Assembly (NCBI GenBank): GCA_951406725.2
Contig: OX597829.1
Span: 47,554,001 to 47,618,000, forward strand
DNA length: 64,000 nucleotides
Source of the DNA: Octopus vulgaris
Taxonomy: Eukaryota
Direction: 5' to 3'
Positions 12,799 to 27,259 of this stretch are shown piece after piece. The notes beneath the pieces are model-generated. The model had not been told where the DNA came from, ran no database searches, and worked only from the letters and a program-made list of their open reading frames with translations. The translations under genes and the position numbers were made by a program. Each line of letters begins with the position of its first letter. Position 1 is the first letter of the stretch.

Positions 12799-13643
12799 TA
12801 TGAGGATGCGCTAAAAAGTTCGTAGGCTGACTGTGAAGTGAAAGAATGATGACAGAACTGTGAAATCTTGCGTGTATTAATTTAAACTTTTCCTATTAAT
12901 AAACATTGTTTCTCTTCTGGTAAACTGACATCTGACTGTTCAAAGAACACTTTCAACGTAACTAGTAGCGACATCTCTTGCAAATCGACAAAATTTAGCC
13001 CCATAGTGATATCAAGTATCTGTAGAAAAAGGGGTCAGCCTCTCCCCCCCCCCCCAGGTCATTCATGTTGACATGGTTGCTACATTAGGGGATGATGCAC
13101 CAGCTTTATCATGAGTGCAAAAGTAGGCAGCTGAATTTAATGGGGGAAGAGAGAGTCTTGAATATAACCCAAGGTCTGGACGCCCTGTAACTGCCTCTAC
13201 CGAGGAAGCATTGATCTTCATATGTTCATGGATGACAGGCGATTAACTATAAATCAGCTAGCCAATGCTTTTAGCATATCCCGTGAGAGTCGAAAATATT
13301 ATGGACAATGAATTTAGCATTACGAAGGTTCGTATTCGGTGGCTGCCACATCATCTGGTACCTGATCAAAAGTGTACCAGGCTAATCACACCACGGGAAA
13401 ATCTGACCTTGTTTGAGGCAAGTCTAGCTGATTTCCTTGAACTTTGCCTGATCTAAGATGAACTTTGCCTAATCCATCACTTTGAGCCAGAGACAAAGCG
13501 TCAATCTGTGCGGTGCAAAAAACCCCCTCTTCAACTGCTCTTAAAATGGCCAGTCGTTTCATCTGCAGGGAAGGTGAAGGCCTCAGTTTTGGAGGATGCA
13601 AAATAGGTTGTTTATTAATTATTTTCAAAAGGGACATACCAAT
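12799..13643 (+). mobile_element. Decayed mariner transposon (irritans-like), 3'-truncated
   Basis: TA-TGAGGATGCGCTAAAAAGTTC TIR-like start; translated remnants AAEFNGGRESLEYNPRSGRPVTA, RWLPHHL (WVPxxL), HHFEPETKRQS, SAGKVKASV with stops and frameshifts. Confidence 0.85.
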
Positions 13644-13800
13644 TCATTGATCAAGGTATGTGTGCCATTGAAAGCTTCTAAATCATTTTTATTTCTCCCT
13701 TTGACATCTTTGCACGGTTAGTGGGTAAACAGACTGGTAGCTCCATGAATGAACACTGGTGGAAGTATAATGACCAGAAACAGTTATCGATACTTAAGAT

Positions 13801-14068
13801 CAGTGATTCTCAACCATTTCTATCTAATTCCTATTTTACTTGGATTGACCGCCACAACCATTTGATGTTAAAGAAAAGACTCTTACCATATTTTTATAAT
13901 TAAATATTATTAGGAACTGTACTACAAAATATTTGTTAGAATATTCTGTGAATTGTAGAAGTATGATCAATTTATTGTACATAGGTTTTAAAAACTAAAT
14001 CTTTTATCACCCTGCCCACCCTCACCCCCACAACAAGGGCCATGTGGAACCCCGGTTGAGAGCCATTC
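13801..14068. mobile_element. hAT/Charlie-type MITE
   Basis: CAGTGATTCTCAACC...GGTTGAGAGCCATTC imperfect TIRs; related to the 17025 family. Confidence 0.6.
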
Positions 14069-14278
14069 ATCTAGCAGCATGCTGATAATCAACAAGACAG
14101 CTTGCTGAATCACATAATTATCTAAGTATCGAAATCTTGTCTAAACACCCGTGAGGTACTTGAATCTCTTCTCACATGTAAGAAATTGCCATCAGAAAAT
14201 ATGCTTAGCAATTATTAAAGCCACAACGCCATTACTGTCACTAACCATGCAATCTAAATATGCGTGTGTGATGGTGGT

Positions 14279-14316
<38 letters not shown>

Positions 14317-15431
14317 GTACCTGTAGTGTAGGATTAGACTGACAGCAAGATACAAGGAAATCAGTACAGATAAATACATGCAACTATGAACAATTCACAT
14401 ACATATACACGTGCAGGCACACGCGCGTAAACACCCTCATACAAGAACCAACATGCGCACGCATACAGGCATGCGCACATGCGTATCGTGACACCAATTT
14501 AGAATACCGGCTATATTCCCTATGTACACACGCATGCATGCAGCCCGGACACATTCTGTTATCTCCTTTCACCCCCTCTCTCTCTCTCCATTCTCCTATA
14601 AGAAACTACACTCATAAACCTTTATGGGATGACAAGCAGATCTTAGCTGAAACTGACCTTGAATAATAAGGCCGGACCACGGATGACCAATGCCCACACA
14701 GTCACAGACATATATAAAGTTTGGCAAACGAGCGTACACTTACAACTGTACATGCTCGCACACATGCTCTTCATTTAGTCTCATCCTTCCCTTGTCTTGT
14801 AAGCGACCTTATATCTACATATACATAGGTGTAGGACTAATTCACAGGCAGACTCAAAACTGTCCTGGAAGTGCGAAGACAAATCATTGATGTGGTCGTG
14901 ATTAGCGATAAAAGAACATTGATAAAAAAAAAAGAAAAGCGCGCAATTGATTGTTTGACGAACACATTAAGCAAGGGAGCGATTAGATCTAACAATAAAG
15001 AAGTGATATTGTACCAGTGCGTGTGTTATTATTTGTATAATGACCTCAAAATACAAAATTTGTTTCAACACACGAATTCACATCAAGCAGCTTACAAGCC
15101 TTGTACAAAACACGAAGTAATAACAAATAACGATAAAAAGATTTATAGTATATTAATTATCAATACATTAAACTCACCCGTTAATCCTCTGCCAATTACC
15201 CTCTCAGTCTATATACGTATATACACAAATACACACTTTTATACAGCTGTGCACACACACGTGCGTCCTCAAACTCACTTCCAAGTATATACGCATACTT
15301 GCTGGCATTCGCTCCCGTACCAACAACAGCGTGCATATATATATATATATAATGTGTGTGTGTGTGTATACACACATAAACGTACATATTTATATACTCT
15401 ATATTCCAAATGCATATCAATATTTATTTTT

Positions 15432-15658
15432 TTATTGACCACATGGGGCTACACACAGAGGGGACAAACAAGGACAGACAAGGGGATTGAGTTGATTACA
15501 CCGACCCCATTGATTAACTGGTACTTATTTAATCGACCCCGAAAGAATGAAAGGCAAAGTCGACCCCGGCGGAATTTGAACTTAGAACGTAGCGGCAGAC
15601 GAAATACTGCTAGGCATTTCGCCCGGCGTGCTAACGTTTCTGCCAGCTCACCGCCTTA
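15432..15658 (-). mobile_element. SINE family B copy
   Basis: Near full-length reverse complement of 48170-48409. Confidence 0.75.
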
Positions 15659-15893
15659 TCCAATATTGCCACGACCGTATATACACACGCACACACATAC
15701 ATTTAGGTACACAAGTTAATTGTTTTTCAAATCAGGATCTTTGATGATGTAAATGAGCAACGATAATATTATTGCATATTTTATTTACTGAAAAACTTGA
15801 TATTTGGTATGGAATAAACAGTGTTTGCAGACGAAAACTTTCATAACATCGATTTCAATTCGTTTTCTGCTATTTAAATGTTATATTTAAAGT

Positions 15894-15954
<61 letters not shown>

Positions 15955-16030
15955 TATTGACACATTCATAACATCAATTTCAATTCGTTTTCTGCAATTT
16001 AAATTATATATTAAATTGAATATATGTATA

Positions 16031-16085
<55 letters not shown>

Positions 16086-16417
16086 AATTGCATATATATA
16101 TATATCAAATTGCATATATATATATTTATATATCAAATTGCATATATATATATATCAAATTGCATATATATATATATTATATATCAAATTGCATATATAT
16201 ATATTTATATATCAAATTGCATATATATATATATATATAAGGGGATATAATATATCTATAAAAGTTTCTGTTTTATACTTACATTGAAATATTAATTAGA
16301 CAACAAATTCTCAAAGGCTTCCATAAAATAAAATGAAAGGAAAGTTTAAGGTTTGGAATAGGTGTTATATAGGAGTTGTATCGCAAGTTACCGCAATATT
16401 TTATTGCTATTTCCTTC

Positions 16418-16453
<36 letters not shown>

Positions 16454-16627
16454 AATTCTTATTTTTATATGAAAATCAGTATGTGTGGTTTCGTTGATCA
16501 TTAGTTGTAACAACTGTGCTAACACAGGGAGTCGATTAAACTTCGGCATTGAGGTAAGAATTTCTTTTTTGTATTGTTAGACATTCTTTGAGTTACATTT
16601 TCTGAAATTGTATGACTAACAGACCAC

Positions 16628-16890
16628 AGTGGAGTCGCGTGGCTTAGTGGTTAGGGTGTCAGCATCATGATCGTAAGATTGTGGTTTCGATTCCTGGACC
16701 GAGCGACGCGTTGTGTTCTTGAGCAAAACACTTCATTTCACGTTTGCTCCAGTCCACTCAGCTGGCAAAAATGAGTAACGCTGCGATGGACTGGCGTCCC
16801 GTCCAGCTGGGGAAACACGTACGCCACTGAAACCGGGAAACCGGGCCCATGAGCCTGGTTAGGTTTTAAAATGGCGCATTTATTTATTTT
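16628..16890 (+). mobile_element. tRNA-derived SINE family C (V-SINE-like tail)
   Basis: A box GTGGCTTAGTGG, B box GGTTTCGATTCC, then CTGCGATGGACTGGCGTCCCGTCCAG; tail shared with the 32210 copy, head with 58497. Confidence 0.75.
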
Positions 16891-17024
16891 TTTAACACAC
16901 CACAATGATCTTAGATAGACTCTGAATGATATATGTACAGTGTGTTACAGCGAAACAGACGCTCTAGATGTGTGCGAGTACACGTATATGGGTAAATGGA
17001 TGGACGGATATGCCAGTGTCAATG

Positions 17025-17347
17025 AAGGGGTTCTCAACCGGGATCCATATGGCCCCTGAAGGTCCGTATAAGATTTGGGGGTGGGCACGAAACAAAATTA
17101 TAGACTGGGGATCAAGAACAGTGTTTTAAAGGCACCCGAAGTTTTTTTTTACTTTAGATGTATGTATTTGTATGTGTTGTAAGAAACACCTGGGTTTCTT
17201 TCTCTAACATTTTACATAGTTTAAACTACACAAGTTAAAAGAAGTACCTATAAAGCTAATTTTTAAACATCAAATAGCTATGGGGTCCACTAGAATAAAA
17301 TAGTTATCAAAAGGGTCCATAGATGAAAAAATGGTTGAGAACCCCTG
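17025..17347. mobile_element. hAT/Charlie-type MITE
   Basis: TIRs (A)AGGGGTTCTCAACC / GGTTGAGAACCCCTG; flanking 8-mers TGTCAATG / CGTCAGTG (6/8 match, degenerate TSD). Confidence 0.85.
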
Positions 17348-17401
17348 CGTCAGTGTGTATGTAGTCTGATGTGTAACAGGAGGGAGGCGTAAGGATTAAA
17401 G

Positions 17402-17742
17402 TATTGGCTCTGAACTGGGATTCATATGGGCTCAGGAGATCCACTGTAGTAGTTTAAGGACCTATGAATATATTTTGCTTTAGATAGGTTTAGATTGCAA
17501 GAAACAGTTAGGTTTCTTTCTCTTAGCATTTTTCGTAGTTAAACACTTTAAACTGCTGAAACCTGCTTTCTCACAGATAACTATTGCATACCAACACCAA
17601 TGAATGCGTAATAAACAAAATAGGAATTTTTGAAGTATCTATAAAACTAGTTTTTAAAAAATCAAATGCCTATTGAGACCCACCAGAATAATATAGTCAT
17701 CGAAGGGGTCCATAGATGAAAAGCAATGGTTGAGAACCACTG
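17402..17742. mobile_element. Second, older copy of the same hAT MITE
   Basis: Colinear similarity to 17025-17347; ends GGTTGAGAACCACTG. Confidence 0.7.
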
Positions 17743-18827
17743 AGTTAAACGAAACCCAGACTTTTGTGATATAAAATCTTACTTGTGACTAAAGCAGGGA
17801 GCAAAAATGCCCGAATCTACCGAAAATGCTATGATCTACGGTCGACAGCTGATGAAAAAACGTCACGCGGCATATTTTATACAATTAAATATTTGTGATA
17901 TTGGCATTCTGAAAGAATCGCTCGGATTAAGGGATATTATGAAATTTACGGTTTCGTTTGTCATTGGAATACCTACAAACGCAAAGGCTAGGAGCAGAGG
18001 AATATATCCAGGTTCCGCTAGAGAGACGTAGTGGATTTTGAATTAGGAATTTGCACGGTTCTTGCTTTTGCCCACTCGCTTTCCATTCTAGTGGTGCCAA
18101 TGCAATAACAGAAAGTAGAGTAGCTTGTCTAGAAGATTAGTTTGCACGGGGCATATAAAGACAATATATATAGAACAACGAGAATTGATCTTCTGCCGCA
18201 CAAATTCGGCGATAAAGGAAGAGCAGATCAAGTGTTTATTGGTGCATAAAAGTTCATTTATCAGCACGTAAAAATGTTACTGAATATATGTTCATGTACG
18301 GGTATATTTCTGCATCTGTACATATGTGTATGCATTCAATGTATACGTAATATATGTCTATATGGGCATGCGCGTGGATATGCATGCAAAGTATATGCTT
18401 GTTTCTATATATGTGTATGTGTTTGTGTGAAATATATCATAGACACACACAAATGTATTACCAGCTGTATAAGATCGAAAATCACGAACGTAACCCATGG
18501 GCAATGTCTGTGTGTGTGTGTATGTGTTAGTGTGTACACATATTTCATACGTTTTTATGTGAACCACCGTATGGACATATATGTCGATGTAAAATATGTA
18601 TGTGTGCCTACGTAATGTATTGATATTCATATGCATTTACATATTTGCATGTATTCATTGTAAATTCGACTGGACTGGTGCTTTAAGTTTCATGCATCCG
18701 CTTATTTCAGCTGGAGAAGTTGAAGAAGCGGGAAAACGAAGCTTGAATCACAGTTCTTGAGCGTTATACAAACAGAACAAGCCCTGCTGTTCTATAAGCT
18801 TGAAACTATTAACTATATTCAACATAC

Positions 18828-18859
<32 letters not shown>

Positions 18860-18931
18860 CATACACACACAGTGTGTATGTGCGAATATATGTAATTTTT
18901 TCAGTTTCAGTAAAATTGTGCATTTATACAC

Positions 18932-18977
<46 letters not shown>

Positions 18978-19030
18978 CATGTATGTTCATATATGCGCAT
19001 ATATGTATATCTGTATGTGTGACTATGCGA

Positions 19031-19070
<40 letters not shown>

Positions 19071-19932
19071 TGGTTTATACGTACACAGATGTATATAGTT
19101 ATGCAAAAAGATACATACAAATGTTTGTTAATATTTATATGTATGTATATAATATATTTATACATATATGTATATATATATATGCAGTGAGTCGGATGTC
19201 CTATTATGGCCATCCCTTATACGTTTGAATGTATATTACATAGTCTATTGATTATTTTTTCTTTCCCACTTGACCGCTGGTAGCGGAGAATTTTTCTAGA
19301 GTTTTTTTGCTAGCCTAAAATTTATTAATATATGCATATATATATATATACAAGTACATATGAATAAATACACATATATAGATACATATTTATATATATG
19401 AGCATATGTATACAAATATATATATATACATTTATGCATATATACATGTACAGATAAATGCATATAAATGCCTAAATATATTTAGACATATATATGCATG
19501 TATGTATACATATATATATACATGAGTGTATATCTATATAAAAATATATACACATACATATGTGTGTATACCAGTGTGTATCAACATGTATACACTTGTG
19601 TACATGTAATTGTGTGTATGTATAAAGTTTACATGCAAATGTGTTTGGGTATGAATATGTATATACTAGTATATGTATGCAGCAGATATATATATATATA
19701 TATACTCGCAGCGCGGACATGTTTAGATATTCGAATGTATGGTTGTGTTTATGTTTGTATGCGTATATTTGTCTGTGTATCTGTTCGGGTGCTGTTTGCC
19801 AATGTGCTTTTGAATGGCCCAGGAGATATAACTTATTTAAATTTGAGATTTCACAAATCATAACTTGCTTTATAACTCGACTTTGATATGCTTCAAAGTA
19901 AGAAATTCTTCAATGTCAAGCATTTCAAAAGA

Positions 19933-19983
19933 CAGTAGCGCCTCGGTTTACGAACGCCTCTGATCAGGAAATAAATCGTACTT

Positions 19984-20024
<41 letters not shown>

Positions 20025-20071
20025 CACGATTTACTCGTGATCAGAGTTGTTCGAAAACCGAGGCGCTACTG
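19933..20071. mobile_element. Tigger/pogo-like MITE, ~55-bp inverted arms around (TA)n
   Basis: CAGTAGCGCCTCGGTTTACGAAC...GTTCGAAAACCGAGGCGCTACTG. Confidence 0.75.
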
Positions 20072-21901
20072 TGTGTATATATATATATATATATTACTAT
20101 ACACAGTTATAAGCATGTATATATATATATACACACACATACAGTTATGTCCGTTGACTACAACTTTAAAGTATTTTAGCTCTTATTTCTAGCAATGTTG
20201 GTGCTTGTAACACCATAGTCACATTTAGTGATAATTATAATTCTCCGTTTTGGTGAAACATCGCAAACTACAGTTCGTATTAAATTTATATATATATATA
20301 TATATGTATATATTTACATATATATATATATATATATTACATATATATATATATATATTTACATATATATATATATATTTACATATATATATATATATTT
20401 ACATATATATATATATATATTTTTACATATATATATATATATATATTTACATATATATATATATATATATATTTACATATATATAGTTTATGTCTGAGTA
20501 TCTTATGTAGGTGTACCTTAATGTGTGTAATAATTTGATAATGAATCACTAACATAAAGGGCAACATTTTGGGTCTTATGCGGCGCTATGAACGGTTGTT
20601 TCTCAACATTTCTTTTGTACAAATATGCTTTCTATGCCATCGATTTGCAAATAGTCATTCTTTAAGAATCATATACAGAAGTGTCCCTTTGGTCGCCTTT
20701 AGCGAGATATTATCCCGAATGCTAGCAATTCCGAATTCTTCTTCAGAATGTATGAACATGGTCGTTAGTTCTTGCTCCGTCCGTCTCCACCACCAACCTT
20801 CAATGCCTTGCAAACATGTCCTCTGTGCTACGTGCTGTCCTCTTAGTTCTATTCTCTCATTGATGTTTAAGCATTTGACTTATAACAGTAATATTATAAT
20901 AGATACTGGTTGAATTCCGAAAATTTTCCATTAGCTATGTTGTTGGATTACTTGCGAAAACAATTTTAAAATGTTGATGTATATAATTTCACGTTAATTT
21001 GCATAAATTTGTGGTTTTATTCAGTCCATGTTTGTTTTCCTAAAAGAAAAACGAAACCTTTTCTTATTTTATTTTTCATTCTTTTTGCGCTTCGCATTAT
21101 TTTCACTGTTAATTGTGAAAGATACAAATCAAAAATGAAAGACAGACGTGTGTATGTGTTTATGTGTGTGTGTGAGCGTTTGTCCGTTTATTGTACAACC
21201 TGTTGAACGGTTGTGAATTTAAATCTAATGGAAGCTTTACTATATACAGGACATTAAATTCTTACATGATTCCCTAAGCTGCCAGGGGTAGGTACGTAGC
21301 TGGCCTGAAAAGTATCACCTTAGCGACAGAGTGAGGGAGGTTTTATTATCTATAAGCGTATCGTTTTGGAATTAAGATGTATTGAGAGTAACGGGAATCG
21401 TTTTTAATACTAACACACATATATATAGGTCATAAGGGCACACAAGACGCCTTGCTGGTGTGCGCATATATATATATATATATATATAAATGCATCAGTA
21501 AGACCCAAGAACTAATCTAATGTGTCGGGGATTAGGCTTCAATTTTCCAATATTTACGACATCAATATCTAATAGCGAAATTTACTTTAATTTTTCCTTT
21601 CGGCGGTATTCACAAAATATAATATTATATGATATGATATATGAAATACCCTGAGACAATTCAATAGATCATTAATGTCCCTTATGCCTAGTCAAACGAT
21701 ATTGTTTATTTTATTGTTGATAATGTTGTTGTTGCCGGCAGACATATTGTTACTAATACAATTGCGTGAGACATCCATTTGCAGATGTCAGCATATATTT
21801 TGAATAACAGAAATCATTCACTATTTACCAAAATTTAACAAGTAGTCAGTTACCAATATCTAACACAAAGGCGTTATACATGCAAGTTTATGTATATAAT
21901 T

Positions 21902-21947
<46 letters not shown>

Positions 21948-23139
21948 CACTTTACACAAACATACAAATCCGTACAAGTGCATACGCACACAAACACACA
22001 CACACTAATAAATATATATCTATGTCAGAGAAATTTCATTCAAAAAAATCTTCCTGTTCATAGATACAGCTAATATGTATATATGTATAACATTTACGGT
22101 CAAAACTATTCGATTATCACTAACTCCCGAAAACAATAAATTCATATTGTGAAATATGAAACTATATTCTTATTATTATTGTAATTATCATCGTAGCATA
22201 TTCAAGCATCTGATGTGAATTTAAACTGCTGGGACACACGTTTGATGTAATGCAAGTTTAATCAAATTGCAACGCATAATCCTTGGTGTGTGCGTGTGTG
22301 TGTGTGTGTGTGTGCTATATTTTGAACTATCGGCTGCAGTCGCATTATATGATGAACTGTGCCGTCAATCGCGTTGATTACATTTATGTATACATGTTTT
22401 AATGTGCAGACACTAGCCATACGCTTACAGACGCCAGTTATAACAAAGATAGAAGCGTATATCTATGTTGGTGTATACACACACACATATACATACACAC
22501 ATTATGACCCAATCGCAAAGAAAAGACAACAGATACTGAAAGGAAGTGGAACTAATATCGATACAGAAATTCTTATTAAAATCTTTTTTTAAGACTTCAA
22601 TGATTTTTAAAAAATACTCTGTGAATAATTATATAAGACATTCTATTTGAATGTGTACGACGTTTACCATTATTGGACGAAACCTTTGAGTTATAAAATT
22701 TTGTTAATAAATTATTAAGAATTGAAAGAATATTATTTCTATCAATAAAAAAATCGTACTCAAATTTTTGTTTCAGTTTTGTTTCTAACAATATTGGGAG
22801 TAACAATTTCATTGAAACTATTTTTTTTAACTACACAATAATGTAATATTTTTTTTAAATAAAAATTTATTCAAAATTATGTATAAAATTTGTTTGCCCT
22901 AATTCCTTGAAATGTACGCAAAGATGCAAGAATATATAAAATGAAAATATTAAAATTACAAAAAAATGTATACAAATATTGACAGAAATCGAATACCAAA
23001 ATTTGTGAAAGTAATTATAAACGTGTGTATATCTTTATCTATATCTATCTACCTATCTGTCTATCTATCTATCTATTTATCTATCATCTGTCTGTCTGTC
23101 TGTCTGCTTGCCTGTCTGTCTCCCTGCCTGTCTGTCTGT

Positions 23140-23428
23140 ATTGTTTCAGTCATTTGACTGCGGCCATGTGGCAGCACCGTCTTTAATCGAACAAATCGAC
23201 CCCCAGGACTCATTCTTTGTAGACCTAGTACTTATACTATTGGTTTCTTTAGCCGAACTGCTAAGTTACGGGGACGTAAACACACCAACATCAGTTGTCA
23301 AACGATCGTGGGGGAGACATACACAGACATACAAACATTTATTAACATATATATGTATTTATATATACGACGGGCTTCTTTCAGTTCCAGCCTACAAAAT
23401 CTACTTACTACACAGCCACTCCTGCCCA
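23140..23428 (-). mobile_element. SINE family A copy (internally deleted)
   Basis: Reverse complement of the family A tail, body and head (cacacagccactcctgccc). Confidence 0.7.
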
Positions 23429-23731
23429 TATATATATATGTATACGCATATATAATAAAGCTAAAATTTAAGTATGTGTACTTGGAATAAGTATACAACA
23501 AAACTTCAACCAGGCATATTATATATATATATATACTCAATATATGTATGTATATATACTCAATATATGTATGTATATATACATATACATGTATATATAC
23601 GTATACTGATATGTCTATATTGATATATATATGTACATATACATATATAAATGTATATATATGTATATATAAATACATACAAATATATGTATATATACAT
23701 ATATTGTGTATATATATGTATTTATATACAC

Positions 23732-23766
<35 letters not shown>

Positions 23767-23991
23767 TATATGTGTGTCTGTGTTTGTACCTCCACCATCA
23801 CTTGACTTAAGTACCGATGTTGCTGTGCTTACGTCCCCATAACTTAGCCGTTTGCAAAACACACCGATAGAATGTATACTATGCTTACAAAGAATAAATC
23901 CTGTTGTCAGTTTCTTCTACTAAAGCTGGTGCTCCAGCATTGCCGCAGTCACTTTACTGAAACAAGTAAAACAAAAGCCCTGCCATTTAGT

Positions 23992-24019
23992 CCCGAGCAA
24001 CGCCGGGTATCTCTGCAAG
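23992..24019 (+). mobile_element. Helitron-type 3' terminus remnant
   Basis: CCCGAGCAACGCCGGG hairpin + TATCTCTG + CAAG|T; same terminus as at 58689 (-). Confidence 0.5.
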
Positions 24020-24427
24020 TATATATATATTTCAAATTTAGCTAGGTTTAAAATGAACCTAATGAAGCGGAAAAGGCTGTAATTTATGAGATGTGTTATT
24101 TGTTTGTATAAAATATTTAAATTGAATTGAATTTATATTTCTTCAATTTATTGTTTTGTTTTCCTTTTCTTATGTCTATATATATATATATAATTTAATA
24201 ATATCAGGGTAAGAAAAAATTTTAGAAATTTTTAGTACCAGTGGCCAAGCGTGTAGAAAAATTAGTCAATAGACTATATAATATTGATATAAATACAGTG
24301 TACATTTCAACGCATAAAAGGTAACCATATTAAGATACCTGGCACGCTAGAAGGAATAACCAAAATTCAAACTACAATTAGGGATAAATTTCGAAGGGAA
24401 TGGAAAACAAAAACATTTACCATCTAT

Positions 24428-24501
24428 CTCCTGGACCATGGTTTCTGACTCTATATCAGCCAATATAATATTTTGCTAGGCGGAGTCTTCATCAACAAGT
24501 A
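24428..24501 (-). ncRNA. Minimal type-I hammerhead-like motif (U3-G8) in a Penelope-like repeat
   Basis: Minus strand: TTGATGA-a-GACTC..GAGTC-a-GAAAC-CATG-GTC-CAGGAG; palindromic stem III ACCATGGT; downstream block duplicated at 24220-24320 and 24685-24790. Confidence 0.55.
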
Positions 24502-24894
24502 CGCCTAGATTATATATATATATACGAGGCAATCCAGCATGTGCCTCAAACTTATATATTATAATATTTCAAATCCACCCCGCAAGCGCAATTTTTATCG
24601 ACAGCAAATAAAAATAATGCCGGCGTTACTTCGAAAATTTGCCAAATATTATCAATAATTATGAATATAAGAGTAATAAAAGATTTTAGAAATTTTTACT
24701 ACCAGTGGCCTAGCGTGTAGAAGAATTAGTCAATAGACTATATATTATTCATATAAATACAGTGTACATTTAAACACATAAATGTACACTGTATGTATAA
24801 ATGTATAAATGTATTTATATAGAGAGAGATAGATAGATAGCTATATATATATATATACATTATATACTTATATTCATTTAAAATATATATTTAT

Positions 24895-24926
<32 letters not shown>

Positions 24927-25118
24927 CATATATATATACATTATATATCATATATATAATTCTATATGTATATACATTTTATACTATATATATTTGTTTA
25001 TATATATATATATATATATACATTTTATACTATATATATTTGTATATACATATATATACATTTTATACTATATATATTTGTATATACATATATATACATC
25101 TTATGCTATATATATTTG

Positions 25119-25149
<31 letters not shown>

Positions 25150-25802
25150 TATATATATATACACATATATATACATTATATATCATATATATATATATAT
25201 TCTATATGTATATACATTTTATACTATATATATTGGTATATATATATATACATTTTATGCTATATATATTTGTATATATATATACATTTTATAATATATA
25301 TATTTATATATATGCATATATATATGTATATATATATGTGTGTGTATATATATATGTATATATATATATGTATATATATGTATATATATACATTATATAT
25401 ATATATATATTATATATATATACATACATTATATATAATGTAATATCCATGTTAGGGATTGTTAAAAACTATCCTGATGCCAACTGGGTTTAACTAAACA
25501 TATTGGTAGGAAGATCATCAATAAATATGTGTATAAACAGTTTCATAAAATTTGAAAAGTCAGAAAAAGACAACGGAGAAGAAAAATTAAAAAGGTGCTT
25601 AATTTGTTTTATTTGTATTACTATTGGGAAAGTAAGGCAAATTAAAGGATGAAAAAATGTACCTATAAGAGTATAAAAGGAACCGCCTCAACCAACAAAA
25701 TAACCCAAAAATATCCGCCCCCACACTACCAAAAAAAAAAAAAGATATTCTACATACATAAATATGTTTCAATATAACAATATTTAAGAATCATCAATAA
25801 TA

Positions 25803-26227
25803 AGGCGCAGGAGTGGCTGTGTGGTAAGTAGCTTGCTAACCAACCACATGGTTCCGGGTTCAGTCCCACTGCGTGGCATCTTGGGCAAGTGTCTTCTGCT
25901 ATATCCCCGGGCCCACCAATGCCTTGTGAGTGGATTTGGTAGACGGAAACTGAAAGAAACCTGTCGTATATATATATATATATATATATAGATATATATA
26001 TATATATGTATGTGTTTGTTTGTGTGTCTGTGTTTGTCCCCCTAGCTGGTGTGTTTACGCTGGTGTGTTTACGTCCCCGTCACTTAGCGGTTCGGCAAAA
26101 AAGAGACCGATAGAATAAGTACTGGGCTTACAAAGAATAAATCCCGGGGTCGATTTGCTCGACTAAAGGCGGTGCTCCAGCATGCCGCAGTCAAATGACT
26201 GAAGCAAGTAAAAGAGTAAAAGAGTAA
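25803..26227 (+). mobile_element. Full-length tRNA-derived SINE family A with internal (TA)n/(TG)n
   Basis: A box GTGGCTGTGTGG, B box GGTTCAGTCCC, tail ending (AAAGAGT)n; more than 10 related copies in the window. Confidence 0.85.
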
Positions 26228-26489
26228 AATCGTAATTTTAAAAGATGCAATTATTTGTATATTGTTAGATCTCTTCAGGAAAAATAAGCATATTTTAGTC
26301 TTGAGTTATTTGACTTATTTTAGGATAATGTTTAGATATTTTCAAATGTAAATAAACTTACTTTGAAAGACACATAGTTCATATGCGTAGAAGTTTATGG
26401 TTTAAAATTTAGCTAATGTTGAATGTTAAAATGCTACTTAAACATCAAATCCATTTGAAAAGAAATCCACACTTACCTATCACACATAC

Positions 26490-26635
26490 TATAAGGTTGT
26501 CCCAAAAGTTCGTAGAAAGTCTTGGAAAATAATGGTCTTTATTTTGAGGAATAATTTTTTTTTGTTTTTGTTAGTACTTGGCGAGTAAAAATTCAATTTT
26601 TGCAAATGTTTACGAATTTTTGGGACAACCTAATA
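26490..26635. mobile_element. Tc1/mariner MITE
   Basis: TA-TAAGGTTGTCCCAAAAGTTCGTA ... TACGAATTTTTGGGACAACCTAA-TA inverted termini. Confidence 0.8.
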
Positions 26636-26869
26636 TATTATATTTATATTCATATTTATACCTGTAAAGGTTAACGCGATGGAGGTGGCAAAAGGACGGC
26701 CGTAACCTTTCGTGAGTGGTGCAATATACGAGAAAGCTACACTAGGAAAAAGTAAATAAATAAAGATTTGATAAACAACATGCTATTTATTAATTAAATC
26801 ATACAGGCCACAATCTCCTGCGAATCTAAGAAAAAAACATTTTGCAATTAACAAGGTACACAAAAACAA

Positions 26870-27235
26870 CCGTCGTCGTCGTGGCACTCCGTCGGTTACG
26901 ACGACCTGGGTTCCAGTTGATCCGATGAACGGAACAGCCTGCTCGTGAAATTAACGTGCAAGTGGCTGAGCACACTCCACAGAAACGTGTACCCTTAATG
27001 TAGTTCTCGGGGAGATTCAGCGTGACACAGAGTGTGACAAGGCTGGTCCTTTGAAATACAGGTACAAAAAAAGCAGGTAGAAGAGTGAAAGAGTACAGCA
27101 GGGTTCGCCACCACCTCCCTTGTGGAGCTTTATTTCACCCAATAAACACTCACAACGCCTGGTCTGGGAATCGAAATCGCGATCCTACGACCGCGATTCT
27201 GCTGCCCTAACCCCTGGGACATTGAGCCTTCACAC
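26870..27235 (-). mobile_element. tRNA-derived SINE (family D head, distinct tail ending (ACG)n)
   Basis: Head shared with 32330-32524 (GGTTAGGGCAGC..TTTCGATTCCCAGACCAGGCGTTG); different 3' module. Confidence 0.7.
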
Positions 27236-27259
27236 AAAAACAATACAACAATCAAATGT

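Noticed and set aside
16628-16705. tRNA genes at SINE heads (also 25803, 32450, 58497)
   Set aside because: A/B boxes are present but there is no complete cloverleaf, and they continue into SINE bodies
20569-20913. 114-aa ORF and open antisense frame (RGQHVAQR...)
   Set aside because: No recognisable domain or consistent splice sites; possibly a decayed LINE end but not supportable
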